This document shows positions 50,222-60,117 of a stretch of DNA of 64,000 bases, piece after piece. The stretch's first letter is position 1. Each line of letters starts with the position of its first letter. The position numbers and the translations under genes are program-made. Where the stretch lies: the NCBI GenBank assembly GCA_964431235.1, contig CAYSJA010000030.1:1774-65773 (forward strand), written 5' to 3'. Origin of the DNA: an uncultured Gammaproteobacteria bacterium. GTDB lineage: Bacteria; Patescibacteriota; Patescibacteriia; Patescibacteriales; UBA12465. The notes under the pieces were generated by a model. The model was not told the origin of the DNA, ran no database searches, and saw nothing but the letters and a program-made list of their open reading frames with translations.

Positions 50222-51667
50222 TTAAGTAAAAGGGAGGTTTTCTGGAGGCGAAGCCTTTTTTTGAGGGACATCGTCTGTTATCTTAGAATCGTTTTTTTCC
50301 ACAAAAAAATTCTCGTTATTTTTATTATCATTTTTAAAAAAACTATCGGGAATTGGCGTCAATTCTGAATCTAGAGGTAAAGAAAAAGGGGCATCCGCCT
50401 TTTTACCCTGAGTTTTTTGTATTAAAGACGCCTTAACACTGCCCTCTAAAGGAAAATGCCATAAAGTTGCCAATTCTTCTATATTAAATATGCGAGGCGA
50501 TAAACCTTGACTGTTAGATCTTTTGACATAAGCTTGAAAAATTCTGTTTTTCTTTCTCTGTAAACGTGGTTCCCGCCAAAAATAAGCTGTCCTGGTCATA
50601 GTTTTTTTAACATCGGGTTTTAGATTATTTAAATCTAAAGCGGCAAACTGCTTCATAAAGCCAACAATACCATTAGCGACCTTGGCCTTATTCATAATTT
50701 CTTTTTGGGACACATACACCATTCTTATTTTAGCGGTAAAAGCTAATTTACTGGCTTTAAGACTAATACCTTCTAATTTCTTTTGTTCTGAAGGAGTTAA
50801 ATCTAGCATAGTTTTTATCTTCTCTTCTTTTTCCTTATTTTCAATATCGCCCCAAATGCTATAAATAACTTCACTTAATTCGCCCAACCACTCCATTAGT
50901 TGCATAAAAAACCCTTTTTTAGCTTTTGATTTTCTCTCCAGAATCTTATCAACTTCTTTTTCTACATCTTTAACCCAATCAAAACCAATCGGGGTAACAA
51001 TAAATTGTAGCCATAGCTGCTCGCCTTGACGTAAAGAACCACATAAATCCATTAAACTAGCCATCGGATCCTTAAATTGTGTTTCTTCAGGTCCAATTTG
51101 ATGTTCAAAATCACGATAACACTTAATTGGATACATCCAAGGAGATGCTTGGGTAAACTCTACGCCCCAAATATCATATTCTTCATCCGGATATTTTTGC
51201 GCTACCGTTTCTGTATAGTCGTCAACTTCGGAAATTTCTGCATCAGGGTACTGGGAATAGACAGAAGATTCAATTAAATTCCTATATTCAGCCGGGGTTC
51301 TAATTAAAAATTGGGTATAACCCTCCAAGCTGACAACCTCATAGCTAAAAGATTTCTGAAATTTGCCCTCAAACCATGTTTCAAAAAAATTTTCTGTACC
51401 ATGGGCGCCGGCTAGATAAGTAAACATGTTTTCCACTGCCTTAGGTGTCTGTTCATTACCCTTGGGGATATCAATCGCTAAAAGTATATTTTTATGGGTA
51501 GCCGCCCATTTATTCCTTAACCAATAAAGATAGACTTGGAGCACTCCCCAAATAAAAAAGATCCCGATTATCAACCAACCAAAATTACCAATAAAGGACC
51601 AAAACATCTCATCAGGTGGCAAACTAAAAAATTTTTCTATACCGGCAGTATTTATAACTATATCCAT
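50222..51667 (-). CDS. hypothetical membrane protein
   Basis: Two N-terminal TM helices then a ~400 aa domain with no recognised motifs. Confidence 0.4.
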   Translation of the reverse strand: MDIVINTAGIEKFFSLPPDEMFWSFIGNFGWLIIGIFFIWGVLQVYLYWLRNKWAATHKNILLAIDIPKGNEQTPKAVENMFTYLAGAHGTENFFETWFEGKFQKSFSYEVVSLEGYTQFLIRTPAEYRNLIESSVYSQYPDAEISEVDDYTETVAQKYPDEEYDIWGVEFTQASPWMYPIKCYRDFEHQIGPEETQFKDPMASLMDLCGSLRQGEQLWLQFIVTPIGFDWVKDVEKEVDKILERKSKAKKGFFMQLMEWLGELSEVIYSIWGDIENKEKEEKIKTMLDLTPSEQKKLEGISLKASKLAFTAKIRMVYVSQKEIMNKAKVANGIVGFMKQFAALDLNNLKPDVKKTMTRTAYFWREPRLQRKKNRIFQAYVKRSNSQGLSPRIFNIEELATLWHFPLEGSVKASLIQKTQGKKADAPFSLPLDSELTPIPDSFFKNDNKNNENFFVEKNDSKITDDVPQKKASPPENLPFT

Positions 51668-51773
51668 AATTTAAAGGCTATCTTTAATAAAATTTTATCA
51701 TATATTAATAAAAAAAGAAATCCGCCCAACTAAATGGGTGGATCACTTAAATAGTCTTATTTTTAAAATATTA

Positions 51774-52811
51774 TTATTGATTTTGCCACTCCTTTAAACC
51801 ATAAGTTCCGCGGCTAACTAATACATAACGACTATCAAGAATAAGTTCATTGTGAACAGTGGCAGCATTAGCCCTCTTTTTATCAAAATTGACTTCATTT
51901 ATTTTATCAGCAATAGTGGTAAAATGCAGAGGTCTACCTTCGTGCTTTAACACTAAGAATATCTTATCATTAACTGTTTTAGGTTTTATTTCCTGCCAAT
52001 TTGCTATTCCCCATTCGCCGTATTTATTACGCTCTAAATTTTTTACCGCTTGCATTAAAGAATATAAAATTTTATTTTGATTTATAGTTTCCGCTTTATC
52101 TGGGAAAACTTGGCTTTTAAAAATAGCTTCAATATCAAAACTATCTGATTGAAATTTCTCTTGATAACGAGAATAAGATTCCAATTCTTTTAACACCTCT
52201 ATTAACTCTTCAGTCTTCAAGGTTTTCTTTAAACCATCTACTCGGCTAACAAGACTATCAGCTAATTCTTCAAGATTAGATATTTCTTTATCTTTTAATT
52301 TAAAAGAAGGGGTAAATTTATCACTTTTTTTTATAAACTCCAAATCATCAGCCATTAGTTTAGAAAGTAAGAAATTAAAATGATTTTTATAAGTTTGACG
52401 CAATTTTTCATCGATTAAATCTATATTTTTATCAGACTTCATTTCTAAAGCAATAACGGTTAGAATATCCAATAAATAATCACGTCTAATCAAACCTCCG
52501 TGTTCTTCCATTAATTTATAAACTGCCTGTTTAAAATTGCTTATATAATTTTCTAAATTCTCTAATTTTTTAATCTTCCTGATACTAGCTGCCTCAATTT
52601 GTCTAACTCGTTCTCTGGTTAATTTATGCAAACTACCTATTTTTTCCAAAGTTTCACTTTTATCTCCCTTTAAGCCGAAACGTCTGGTTAAAATATCGCG
52701 CTCCCTATCCATTAATTGGGAAAAAAGATTACTAACAATACTAATAGCATCTAAACGACCCACTTCCTCATTCTTCTGTTCTTTAATAATTTTTTCTAAA
52801 ATATTTTCCAT
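51774..52811 (-). CDS. DNA-binding protein with N-terminal sigma-70 region 4 HTH and C-terminal HARE-HTH-like domain
   Basis: Residues ~35-85, ERDILTRRFGL...TLEKIGSLHKLTRERVRQIEAASIRKI, look like sigma region 4. The C-terminus, FTTIADKINE...ATVHNELILDSRYVLVSRGTYGLKEW, resembles the HARE-HTH of RpoE-delta/ASXL-type domains ending in WGL..W. Confidence 0.5.
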   Translation of the reverse strand: MENILEKIIKEQKNEEVGRLDAISIVSNLFSQLMDRERDILTRRFGLKGDKSETLEKIGSLHKLTRERVRQIEAASIRKIKKLENLENYISNFKQAVYKLMEEHGGLIRRDYLLDILTVIALEMKSDKNIDLIDEKLRQTYKNHFNFLLSKLMADDLEFIKKSDKFTPSFKLKDKEISNLEELADSLVSRVDGLKKTLKTEELIEVLKELESYSRYQEKFQSDSFDIEAIFKSQVFPDKAETINQNKILYSLMQAVKNLERNKYGEWGIANWQEIKPKTVNDKIFLVLKHEGRPLHFTTIADKINEVNFDKKRANAATVHNELILDSRYVLVSRGTYGLKEWQNQ

Positions 52812-52914
52812 ATATAAAAATAAAGTAATAGCAACTTTAATTCTTAATTAATTATTGTTTATTGTCTATCAAAACTTTATTTATTTTATCACATTATTTT
52901 ATATTAGTCAATAG

Positions 52915-53862
52915 TTATTTGTTAAACATTTTTTTATATTGCTTTAAATTATATTGCTCTAATATTAAAGAAAAAATAAAAAGAATAAAAATTCTAATAA
53001 TTATTATCATTCGACTATAAAAAGTTTCTTTAGAAAAATGCTTTATAAATAAAAGATGTTGACTATAAAAAGACCAACTCTTTATCTCTTTGCTTTTCTT
53101 TTTTCTATTCAGCCAAAAGGCTAAAAAACCACGGCTATAAGAAGCTGCACTTCTGTCATGATATATAATAGCTTGATGAACTAGGGCTGATTTCAAACCG
53201 GCTAATTTCAAGCGATAGGCTAAATCACAATCCTCTTTATACATAAAAAAATCCGGATCAAAATAAAATCCTTTTTCCCTAATTTTATCTAAAGCAGATA
53301 ATCGGAACAATCCGGCCGCCCCTGAAGGTGCAATTATTGTTTTATCGTCATACTGGCCTTCATCTTTCTCTCCTTGCCCTAAATCAATAAATTTCAAACC
53401 TGGCCTTAACAATAATCCACAGGAATCTATTTGTCTGGTTTTTTTAAAATTCGCAAAATCCCAACGCAAAATTTTAGGAGCAACAGCCGCCAATTCGGAT
53501 TTTTCTTCCAAAACCTTTAATAAAAAAAAGAGCGAATTTTTTTCTGGTAAAGTATCAGGATTAATTAATAAAAAATATTCAGCTTCTAATTCTTTAGCCC
53601 GGGCAATTAAGAAATTATAAGCAGAACCGAAACCGATATTCTTACTTTTACTATGATATTCAATTTTGAATTGATGTTTATAATCAAAAAACTCTAAAGC
53701 CAGGCGATTAGTATTCTCATCCTCATTACTATTATCAAATACCATTACTTTATAACTATTTTCTGGCAAAAAATGTAAAGCTTCCTTTAAAGCTGGCAAA
53801 AAATAAGCTAAATATTTAGCGCTTACCTGATTATAAGTTATAAAACCGAGCGCCAGCTTCAT
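52915..53862 (-). CDS. glycosyltransferase family 2
   Basis: N-terminal GT-A fold (ITYNQ...VFDNSNED...GFGSAYN) and a C-terminal TM helix. Confidence 0.7.
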   Translation of the reverse strand: MKLALGFITYNQVSAKYLAYFLPALKEALHFLPENSYKVMVFDNSNEDENTNRLALEFFDYKHQFKIEYHSKSKNIGFGSAYNFLIARAKELEAEYFLLINPDTLPEKNSLFFLLKVLEEKSELAAVAPKILRWDFANFKKTRQIDSCGLLLRPGLKFIDLGQGEKDEGQYDDKTIIAPSGAAGLFRLSALDKIREKGFYFDPDFFMYKEDCDLAYRLKLAGLKSALVHQAIIYHDRSAASYSRGFLAFWLNRKKKSKEIKSWSFYSQHLLFIKHFSKETFYSRMIIIIRIFILFIFSLILEQYNLKQYKKMFNK

Positions 53863-53923
53863 ATTAGCAAAAATCTATATTTAAAAATATTAAAAAATTA
53901 CAAGACTAAGCTCTATAGCTTTA

Positions 53924-54649
53924 TTATATTAGCATTTTTCTAGCCAACTTCTCTTTAGCAAAGGTTTGTGCTTTAAGCAAGCTATCAAAAGTTCCAGCAT
54001 CCAGCCATTCTCCTTTAACTATGGCTACGTTGAGCTCGTTTCGTTTCAAATACCAATTATTAAGATCAGTTATCTCCAGTTCACCGCGTTCGCTCGGCTT
54101 TATTTGTTTAGCTGCTTTTATTACTTTATTATCATAAATATATAAACCAGTAACAGCATAATCGCTTAAAAATTCCGATGGTTTTTCCACTATAACTTCA
54201 GCTTTCATGTCTTGATTAAATTTCACTACTCCGAATCTTTCTGGATCTGGTACGCGTTTAGCAAAAATTTTAGCACCGCCAGAAAAATTCTTCATATCAG
54301 CAAAAAAATCATCTTCAAAAATATTATCTCCTAAAATCATCGCTACATCTTCTTCGTCAATAAAATTCTCACCAATAATAAAGGCCTGGGCTAAGCCTTC
54401 TGGCTTATCTTGGATTTCATAAGTGAATTTAACGCCAAATTCTTTGCCGGAACCTAATAAATTTAAATAATCACCTGCTCTCTCTGGCGCCACTATAATA
54501 AGGATTTCTTTGATACCGGCCTTTATTAAAGTATTTAAAGGATAATAAATCATTGGGCGATGATAAACCGGTAAAAGCTGCTTGCTAGTTATTTTAGTAA
54601 GCGGTCTCAATCTAGTACCGCTACCGCCGGAAAGTATTATACCTCTCAT
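53924..54649 (-). CDS. sugar-phosphate nucleotidyltransferase (RfbA-like glucose-1-phosphate thymidylyltransferase, short)
   Basis: MRGIILSGGSGTRLRPLT; 241 aa. Confidence 0.75.
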   Translation of the reverse strand: MRGIILSGGSGTRLRPLTKITSKQLLPVYHRPMIYYPLNTLIKAGIKEILIIVAPERAGDYLNLLGSGKEFGVKFTYEIQDKPEGLAQAFIIGENFIDEEDVAMILGDNIFEDDFFADMKNFSGGAKIFAKRVPDPERFGVVKFNQDMKAEVIVEKPSEFLSDYAVTGLYIYDNKVIKAAKQIKPSERGELEITDLNNWYLKRNELNVAIVKGEWLDAGTFDSLLKAQTFAKEKLARKMLI

Positions 54650-55509
54650 AAAATTTTTTTTAAATAATCTTTTAAAGCGTCTTGATAAGGACGCATTTTC
54701 TTTCTTTTATTGTTTTTTAAAACTGAAAATTTAGGACGCCGTGCCGGACGAGCTAAATCCTCGCTTCTTATTGGTCTAATAAAAATTTCTTTTTTAGCCA
54801 AACGAAAAAACTCACGTGCTCCTTCATACCAAGTAGCTGGATTTTCGTTAACTAAATGATAAATGCCATAAGCAGGGCGAGCTACAAATAAACGAGCACT
54901 GGAAGCTGCTAAATCAGGGGTATAAGTAAAACAGCTCAACTCTTCATTCACGGCTAAAATCTCAGATTTATTTTCAGCTAGTTTAAATATAATATCAAAA
55001 AAACCGGGCTTAGCCAAGGAGCTCTCGCTTTTAGGCCCGAATAATTTCGATGTTCTTATTAAATAATATTTTAAACCTTTGCCCTCTAGGCGCTTTATTT
55101 CTAATTCTCCTAAAAATTTACTTTCCCCGTATTTATTTATCGGATTAGGTGTATCCTCTTCAGAAAAATCAGGTTTACCGCTAAAACCATTGAAAACATA
55201 ATCTGTAGAATAATGTACTAAAATAAAATCTATTTTCAAGGCCAAACTAGCTAAATGGGCGGGTAAATCACGATTAAGAGCTAAGGCTTGGAAATATTTT
55301 TTTTCATCTTCACAATTATCAACTTGGTTATAAGCTACCGTATTTATTACTAAATCAGGCTTGATATCCAGCAACACCTTTAATAGAACCTCCTTATCAA
55401 GAACATCAAAATCTTGCTTATCAAAAGAATGGAGTTCATGATCAGAATTTAAAGCAATCTTTAATTGCGATCCTAGATTACCTTGTCCGCCCAATAATAC
55501 TATTTTCAT
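54646..55509 (-). CDS. rfbD: dTDP-4-dehydrorhamnose reductase
   Basis: MKIVLLGGQGNLGSQL; HYSTDYVFNG. Confidence 0.8.
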   Translation of the reverse strand: MKIVLLGGQGNLGSQLKIALNSDHELHSFDKQDFDVLDKEVLLKVLLDIKPDLVINTVAYNQVDNCEDEKKYFQALALNRDLPAHLASLALKIDFILVHYSTDYVFNGFSGKPDFSEEDTPNPINKYGESKFLGELEIKRLEGKGLKYYLIRTSKLFGPKSESSLAKPGFFDIIFKLAENKSEILAVNEELSCFTYTPDLAASSARLFVARPAYGIYHLVNENPATWYEGAREFFRLAKKEIFIRPIRSEDLARPARRPKFSVLKNNKRKKMRPYQDALKDYLKKIL

Positions 55510-55534
55510 AATATTTGGATTAAAAATTAATTAG

Positions 55535-56827
55535 TTAATTCTTTAACCAAATTTCTTCTTGGCGCACTAATAATTCTTTAGCCTTCTCCGGCTCAGCCAT
55601 CAACTCTTTAACAATTTTTTCCATCCTAGCTCCCTGTGATCCCTTTATTAACAAAACATCACCTTCTTTCAAACGATGCTGCAAAAAACGACCGGCAGCT
55701 TCCGGATAATCAAAATAAAAAATATTTTTATCTTCCATGCCTTTTTCTTTAGCGCCTCTAATAAAATCCCTGGCTCTTTCTCCTACCGCTATCAGAAAAT
55801 CTATTCCAGCTTCATGGATTTTTCTTCCTACTGAACGATGGCCTTCAACTGTATAAGCGCCAATTTCCAACATATCACCCATGACAACATATTTGCAAGC
55901 ATCTTTGTCTATATTAATTTTTCCTAAAATATCAACGGCTGAAATCGCGGCCTCTGGTGAAGAATTATAGGTATCATCAATAATAAAAGAATGCTTTATC
56001 CCCGGTAATATATTCATTCTGCCCGGAGGCAAAGAAAAATCGCTTAAAGAAGCGGCTATTTCCACTAAATTTATATTCAATTCAATAGCAACAGCAGCCG
56101 CTGTCAAAGCAGCATAAATAGCTGGCTCTGACATCGTATTTTTCATAAATACTGGTACTACTGCTCCTTGATAGTTAAGCTTAAAATTAATTCCAGTTAA
56201 CTCATATCTTTCTCGGGTAAAATTATAAATAATATTCTGGGCTTTCAAGACAGCTGTTGTTTCCTTTATTCCATAGCTTATTATTTTAGCTCTACTAAAA
56301 GATGACATATCCTTAATAGGAGTATTATCATAATTTAATACTGCTAAGCCGGACCCGGGCAAGCTTTCCACTAAGCGTTGTTTTTCCTTTTTAATATTAC
56401 CTAGACTGCCGAAGTATTCTAGATGGGAATAGCTAATTGCAGTTACGACGCCTATGTCAGGACGAACAATTGAAATTAGATAATTCATATCTTTAGGCCT
56501 ATCAACACCCATTTCTAAAATTAATATTTGTGGGTAATTTTTATCTTTAAAAACAAGAAGTTTCAAAGCAATAAAAAATACTTTCAACCAGCCTAAATAA
56601 AATCGTCCAGGTGACTGACAACCAATAATGGTAAGAGGTAAACCAATTTCATTATTATAATTCTTGAAGCTGGTCCTTGTGCTAAATTTTCTCCTTAAAA
56701 TATGGGAGATCGCCTCCTTAGAACTAGTTTTTCCAATTGAGCCAGTAATGCCTATTACCTTGGGTTTATATTTTTTCAAAATCAATCTGGCTAAAATTTT
56801 CAATTTTAATCGCAATAATTTGCGCAT
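55535..56827 (-). CDS. murF: Mur ligase (MurF-like UDP-MurNAc-tripeptide--D-Ala-D-Ala ligase; MurE not excluded)
   Basis: ATP-binding VIGITGSIGKTSSKE; immediately downstream of ftsI in dcw order. Confidence 0.6.
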   Translation of the reverse strand: MRKLLRLKLKILARLILKKYKPKVIGITGSIGKTSSKEAISHILRRKFSTRTSFKNYNNEIGLPLTIIGCQSPGRFYLGWLKVFFIALKLLVFKDKNYPQILILEMGVDRPKDMNYLISIVRPDIGVVTAISYSHLEYFGSLGNIKKEKQRLVESLPGSGLAVLNYDNTPIKDMSSFSRAKIISYGIKETTAVLKAQNIIYNFTRERYELTGINFKLNYQGAVVPVFMKNTMSEPAIYAALTAAAVAIELNINLVEIAASLSDFSLPPGRMNILPGIKHSFIIDDTYNSSPEAAISAVDILGKINIDKDACKYVVMGDMLEIGAYTVEGHRSVGRKIHEAGIDFLIAVGERARDFIRGAKEKGMEDKNIFYFDYPEAAGRFLQHRLKEGDVLLIKGSQGARMEKIVKELMAEPEKAKELLVRQEEIWLKN

Positions 56828-56847
56828 ATTTTTTAAACTGTTAAAAC

Positions 56848-58806
56848 CTACCTATCCTTTGGAACGGCATAATAATTTAAAATAAATTCCGCTATATCCC
56901 GCCATAAAGGAACTACTGAACCTTCAGCATACTGTACGCCTTTTGGCTTGTCAATTTTAACCAGCATTACAAAAACTGGATTTTCAATCGGAGCAATTCC
57001 AATAAAAGTATGAGAGTATTCGCTTTGGCTATAACCACCGGCAGTTGCTATTTGAGCAGTTCCGGTTTTACCTCCAATATAATATCCAGATATAGCCGCT
57101 TTTTGTGAATGTCCCTTTTCTACAACATTAACCAGCATAGCAGAAACTGTAGCCGCTGTTTTTTCAGATATTATCTGATTTATGGCCTTAGGAGAAATAT
57201 CTTCTCGCCTACCGTCAGAATAAACAATACTTTTTACCACATAAGGTTTCATTAAAAGACCTTTATTAGCAATTGCCTGGTACGGCATCAACATCTGTAA
57301 GGGTGTAACTGCTATTCCCTGGCCGAAAGAAGCAGTGGCAGCATCTATTTCCTTAACTTTATTACTTAACAAATTATTTATATTCCCTGGACTCTCAGCG
57401 CCAAGTTCAATGCCGGTTCTTTCCCCAAAACCAAAATTTTTAACATATTCAGCAAAAATTTTAGGTCCGACTTGATTCATGGCAAAAATAGCACCAGTGT
57501 TTAAAGAATTATCAAGAACTGCGCTCATATCAACCACACCATGGGGTCCATGACTAAAAAAGTCAGAATTCCTTATTGGTTTAGGCCAACCGCTTATCAT
57601 AATCTGCCCCTTATCTTCATAAGTCGTAGCCGGGGAAATTTTTTCCTGATCAATCGCTATTGCCATGGTAACAGTTTTAAAGACTGAGCCCGGCTCATAT
57701 TGATAAAAAATCGCCGGATTGTTATAAAAAGACATATTTTCTACATCTTTATAATTATTAGGATTAAAATCAGGAAAAGAACACATGGCAATAATCGCTC
57801 CGGTTTTCGGATTCATAACTATAATTGACCCGCCTTCAGCTTTATAGTAATCCGCTACTTGTTTAAGCTTATCGCAAACAATAAATTCAATATTTCTATC
57901 TACTGTTAAAATCAAGTCATTTCCTGGCTGGGGCTGAACATATTCCCTGTCGTTTATAATCATTAAATTTGATTTATTAGCTTTATCTGACTTCAAAAAT
58001 CCATATTGTCCGAAAAGTTCAGTATTGAAAAATCCTTCTAAACCATATTGGCCCTGGATTTCACCGTCAATTTGGCTGCTAAAACCAACTAAATGGGCGG
58101 CTATTTCCTGCTCGGGATAAAAACGATAATTCTGCAAATTAAATCCTAAACCATCTACTATAAACTCTGTATCTGGGTCATCTCTATAAATTATCTTACC
58201 GAATTTTATATTAAGTTCTTCGGGATTAGCTAAAGGAGCGGAGGATGTTGAATTATAATCAGAACTGGATAAAAAAGAGTAAAATCTGATTAAATCATCA
58301 AGTGGCATCTTTTGAATTAAGGGTTCATAAGGATCCCCTGGTTTGTCCAACTTTTTTAAATAACTGGAAATTATTTCCTCTTTAGTAGAAGTGGCGATGA
58401 CAAAATCTGTATCTGTCGCTGTTTCTTCTTTAAACTCTTTTTCTAATTTCGGCTTATCAAAAAAAATAAACATTTTTTCTGCCATTACTTCCGGATTAAT
58501 AATATCTTTGGGCACAACAAAAACTTCAGCAAATTCCTTATTAGTAGCTAAAGGATATAATTTTTCTTCCCCATCAACTTCTTCGCTGAAATAAATCTTG
58601 CCCCTTTCTGGGATCAACTGGTTATAAAATTGATGCTGGGAAGAAGCTATAGCTGTATAGAAATCGCATTGACTTATCTGGATATTATATAATTTATAAA
58701 CTAAAGATCCGATTAATAAAAAAATAATCGCCACAACAAGACGCCAGCGATTATTGTTCACCTTTCCTTCTTTAGATCTTTTTTTAATCTGAGGTTCTCG
58801 CCACAT
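56848..58806 (-). CDS. ftsI: penicillin-binding protein 2 / FtsI transpeptidase
   Basis: N-terminal TM helix; SxxK as SVFK; KTG as GGKTGTAQ. Confidence 0.85.
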   Translation of the reverse strand: MWREPQIKKRSKEGKVNNNRWRLVVAIIFLLIGSLVYKLYNIQISQCDFYTAIASSQHQFYNQLIPERGKIYFSEEVDGEEKLYPLATNKEFAEVFVVPKDIINPEVMAEKMFIFFDKPKLEKEFKEETATDTDFVIATSTKEEIISSYLKKLDKPGDPYEPLIQKMPLDDLIRFYSFLSSSDYNSTSSAPLANPEELNIKFGKIIYRDDPDTEFIVDGLGFNLQNYRFYPEQEIAAHLVGFSSQIDGEIQGQYGLEGFFNTELFGQYGFLKSDKANKSNLMIINDREYVQPQPGNDLILTVDRNIEFIVCDKLKQVADYYKAEGGSIIVMNPKTGAIIAMCSFPDFNPNNYKDVENMSFYNNPAIFYQYEPGSVFKTVTMAIAIDQEKISPATTYEDKGQIMISGWPKPIRNSDFFSHGPHGVVDMSAVLDNSLNTGAIFAMNQVGPKIFAEYVKNFGFGERTGIELGAESPGNINNLLSNKVKEIDAATASFGQGIAVTPLQMLMPYQAIANKGLLMKPYVVKSIVYSDGRREDISPKAINQIISEKTAATVSAMLVNVVEKGHSQKAAISGYYIGGKTGTAQIATAGGYSQSEYSHTFIGIAPIENPVFVMLVKIDKPKGVQYAEGSVVPLWRDIAEFILNYYAVPKDR

Positions 58807-58827
58807 AAAATAAATAAGAAAAGGTTT

Positions 58828-59169
58828 TTATTTTTTAGCAACGAATTGACTGCTAGCTTTGATATACTCAATATCTTCAATTGCAACCATATTCAGAGTT
58901 TTAGCTCTTTCGCTTAAGATATAAAAAGACTGCAAAGAATTTACTTGTTGTTCATAAAATTCCTGTCTCTCTCCTAGGCTGTCAGCCTCTGCTCTTAATT
59001 CTTGTAAAATAAAACTCTTGGCCGTCAAATCACTGATGCTAATAAGATAAAAGAAGGTAAAAACAGTAATCGTTAAAAATAATCCAAGGTTTAAAATTTT
59101 TATATTGAGGGCGTACCGAGAATTTTCTTTAGCAGCGCGTCCACAATAATAACTGGACATTTTAATCAT
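58828..59169 (-). CDS. FtsL-like cell division protein
   Basis: One TM helix and a coiled coil; sits between rsmH and ftsI. Confidence 0.5.
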   Translation of the reverse strand: MIKMSSYYCGRAAKENSRYALNIKILNLGLFLTITVFTFFYLISISDLTAKSFILQELRAEADSLGERQEFYEQQVNSLQSFYILSERAKTLNMVAIEDIEYIKASSQFVAKK

Positions 59170-59220
59170 AAGCGAAATGTTTTTATATTAATTTAAAAAT
59201 TATCTAACATTTAGGGGCCT

Positions 59221-60114
59221 TCAAATCTTTATCTTTATCGCCGCTCGTAGTTTGGCACTCCTTGATCTAGGATTTAATTCTTGTTCTTTCTGCCCGGGAA
59301 TAAGTGGCTTTTTAATAATGGGTATTAAATCTTCTTCTCCTTTAAAAAATCTTTTTACTATCCGATCCTCGCCACTATGGAAAGATACTACTACTAAACG
59401 TCCTTTATAGCGAAGTAGATCTTTGGCATCAGGTAAAGCTATCTTTAAATTTTCAAATTCCTGATTAGTTTCTATCCTTAAAGCTTGAAATACTTTGGTA
59501 GCCGGATGAATCTTATAATAAAAACGGGGGGGATATTGGCTCTTAATGATATCTGCTAATTCTTTAGCATTATCTATTTTTTTTTGCTTCCGAAAAGAAA
59601 CAATCGCCTTGGCGATTCTGTAGGCATGCTTTTCTTCTCCGAATTCCCTGAATATCACAGCTAATTCCTCAATTTTATAATTGTTAACAATAGAAATGGT
59701 TGATCTTTCCGCTTGTTGACCAAAAGCCATATCAAGAGGGCCTCCATGTTGGAAAGAAAACCCTCGTCCAGTATCTTTCAATTGAAAAGATGACAACCCT
59801 AAATCAAATACTATACCGTCAAATAATTCTTGATCCCCGATATATTCTCTGGCAACCTTTTTTATATTTTTAAAATTTTCTTGAACTAATGTTATATTAC
59901 TCAGTCCGGCTTTAACGATTTTCTTAGTCGCGTTCTTTATTGCCGTTTCATCCATATCCATAGCCAGCACTCTTCCCTTATTTCCCGCTTTTTTTGCTAT
60001 TTCTAAAGTATAGCCAGCACCTCCTAATGTACAATCAATATATTTTCCTCCCGGCTTTACAGTTAAGTATTTTATTACCTCCGGTAGCATTACCGGAATA
60101 TGATCACCTGCCAT
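59221..60114 (-). CDS. rsmH: 16S rRNA (cytosine1402-N4)-methyltransferase RsmH/MraW
   Basis: HIPVMLPEV; SAM-binding DCTLGGAGY. Confidence 0.9.
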   Translation of the reverse strand: MAGDHIPVMLPEVIKYLTVKPGGKYIDCTLGGAGYTLEIAKKAGNKGRVLAMDMDETAIKNATKKIVKAGLSNITLVQENFKNIKKVAREYIGDQELFDGIVFDLGLSSFQLKDTGRGFSFQHGGPLDMAFGQQAERSTISIVNNYKIEELAVIFREFGEEKHAYRIAKAIVSFRKQKKIDNAKELADIIKSQYPPRFYYKIHPATKVFQALRIETNQEFENLKIALPDAKDLLRYKGRLVVVSFHSGEDRIVKRFFKGEEDLIPIIKKPLIPGQKEQELNPRSRSAKLRAAIKIKI

Positions 60115-60117
60115 ATA

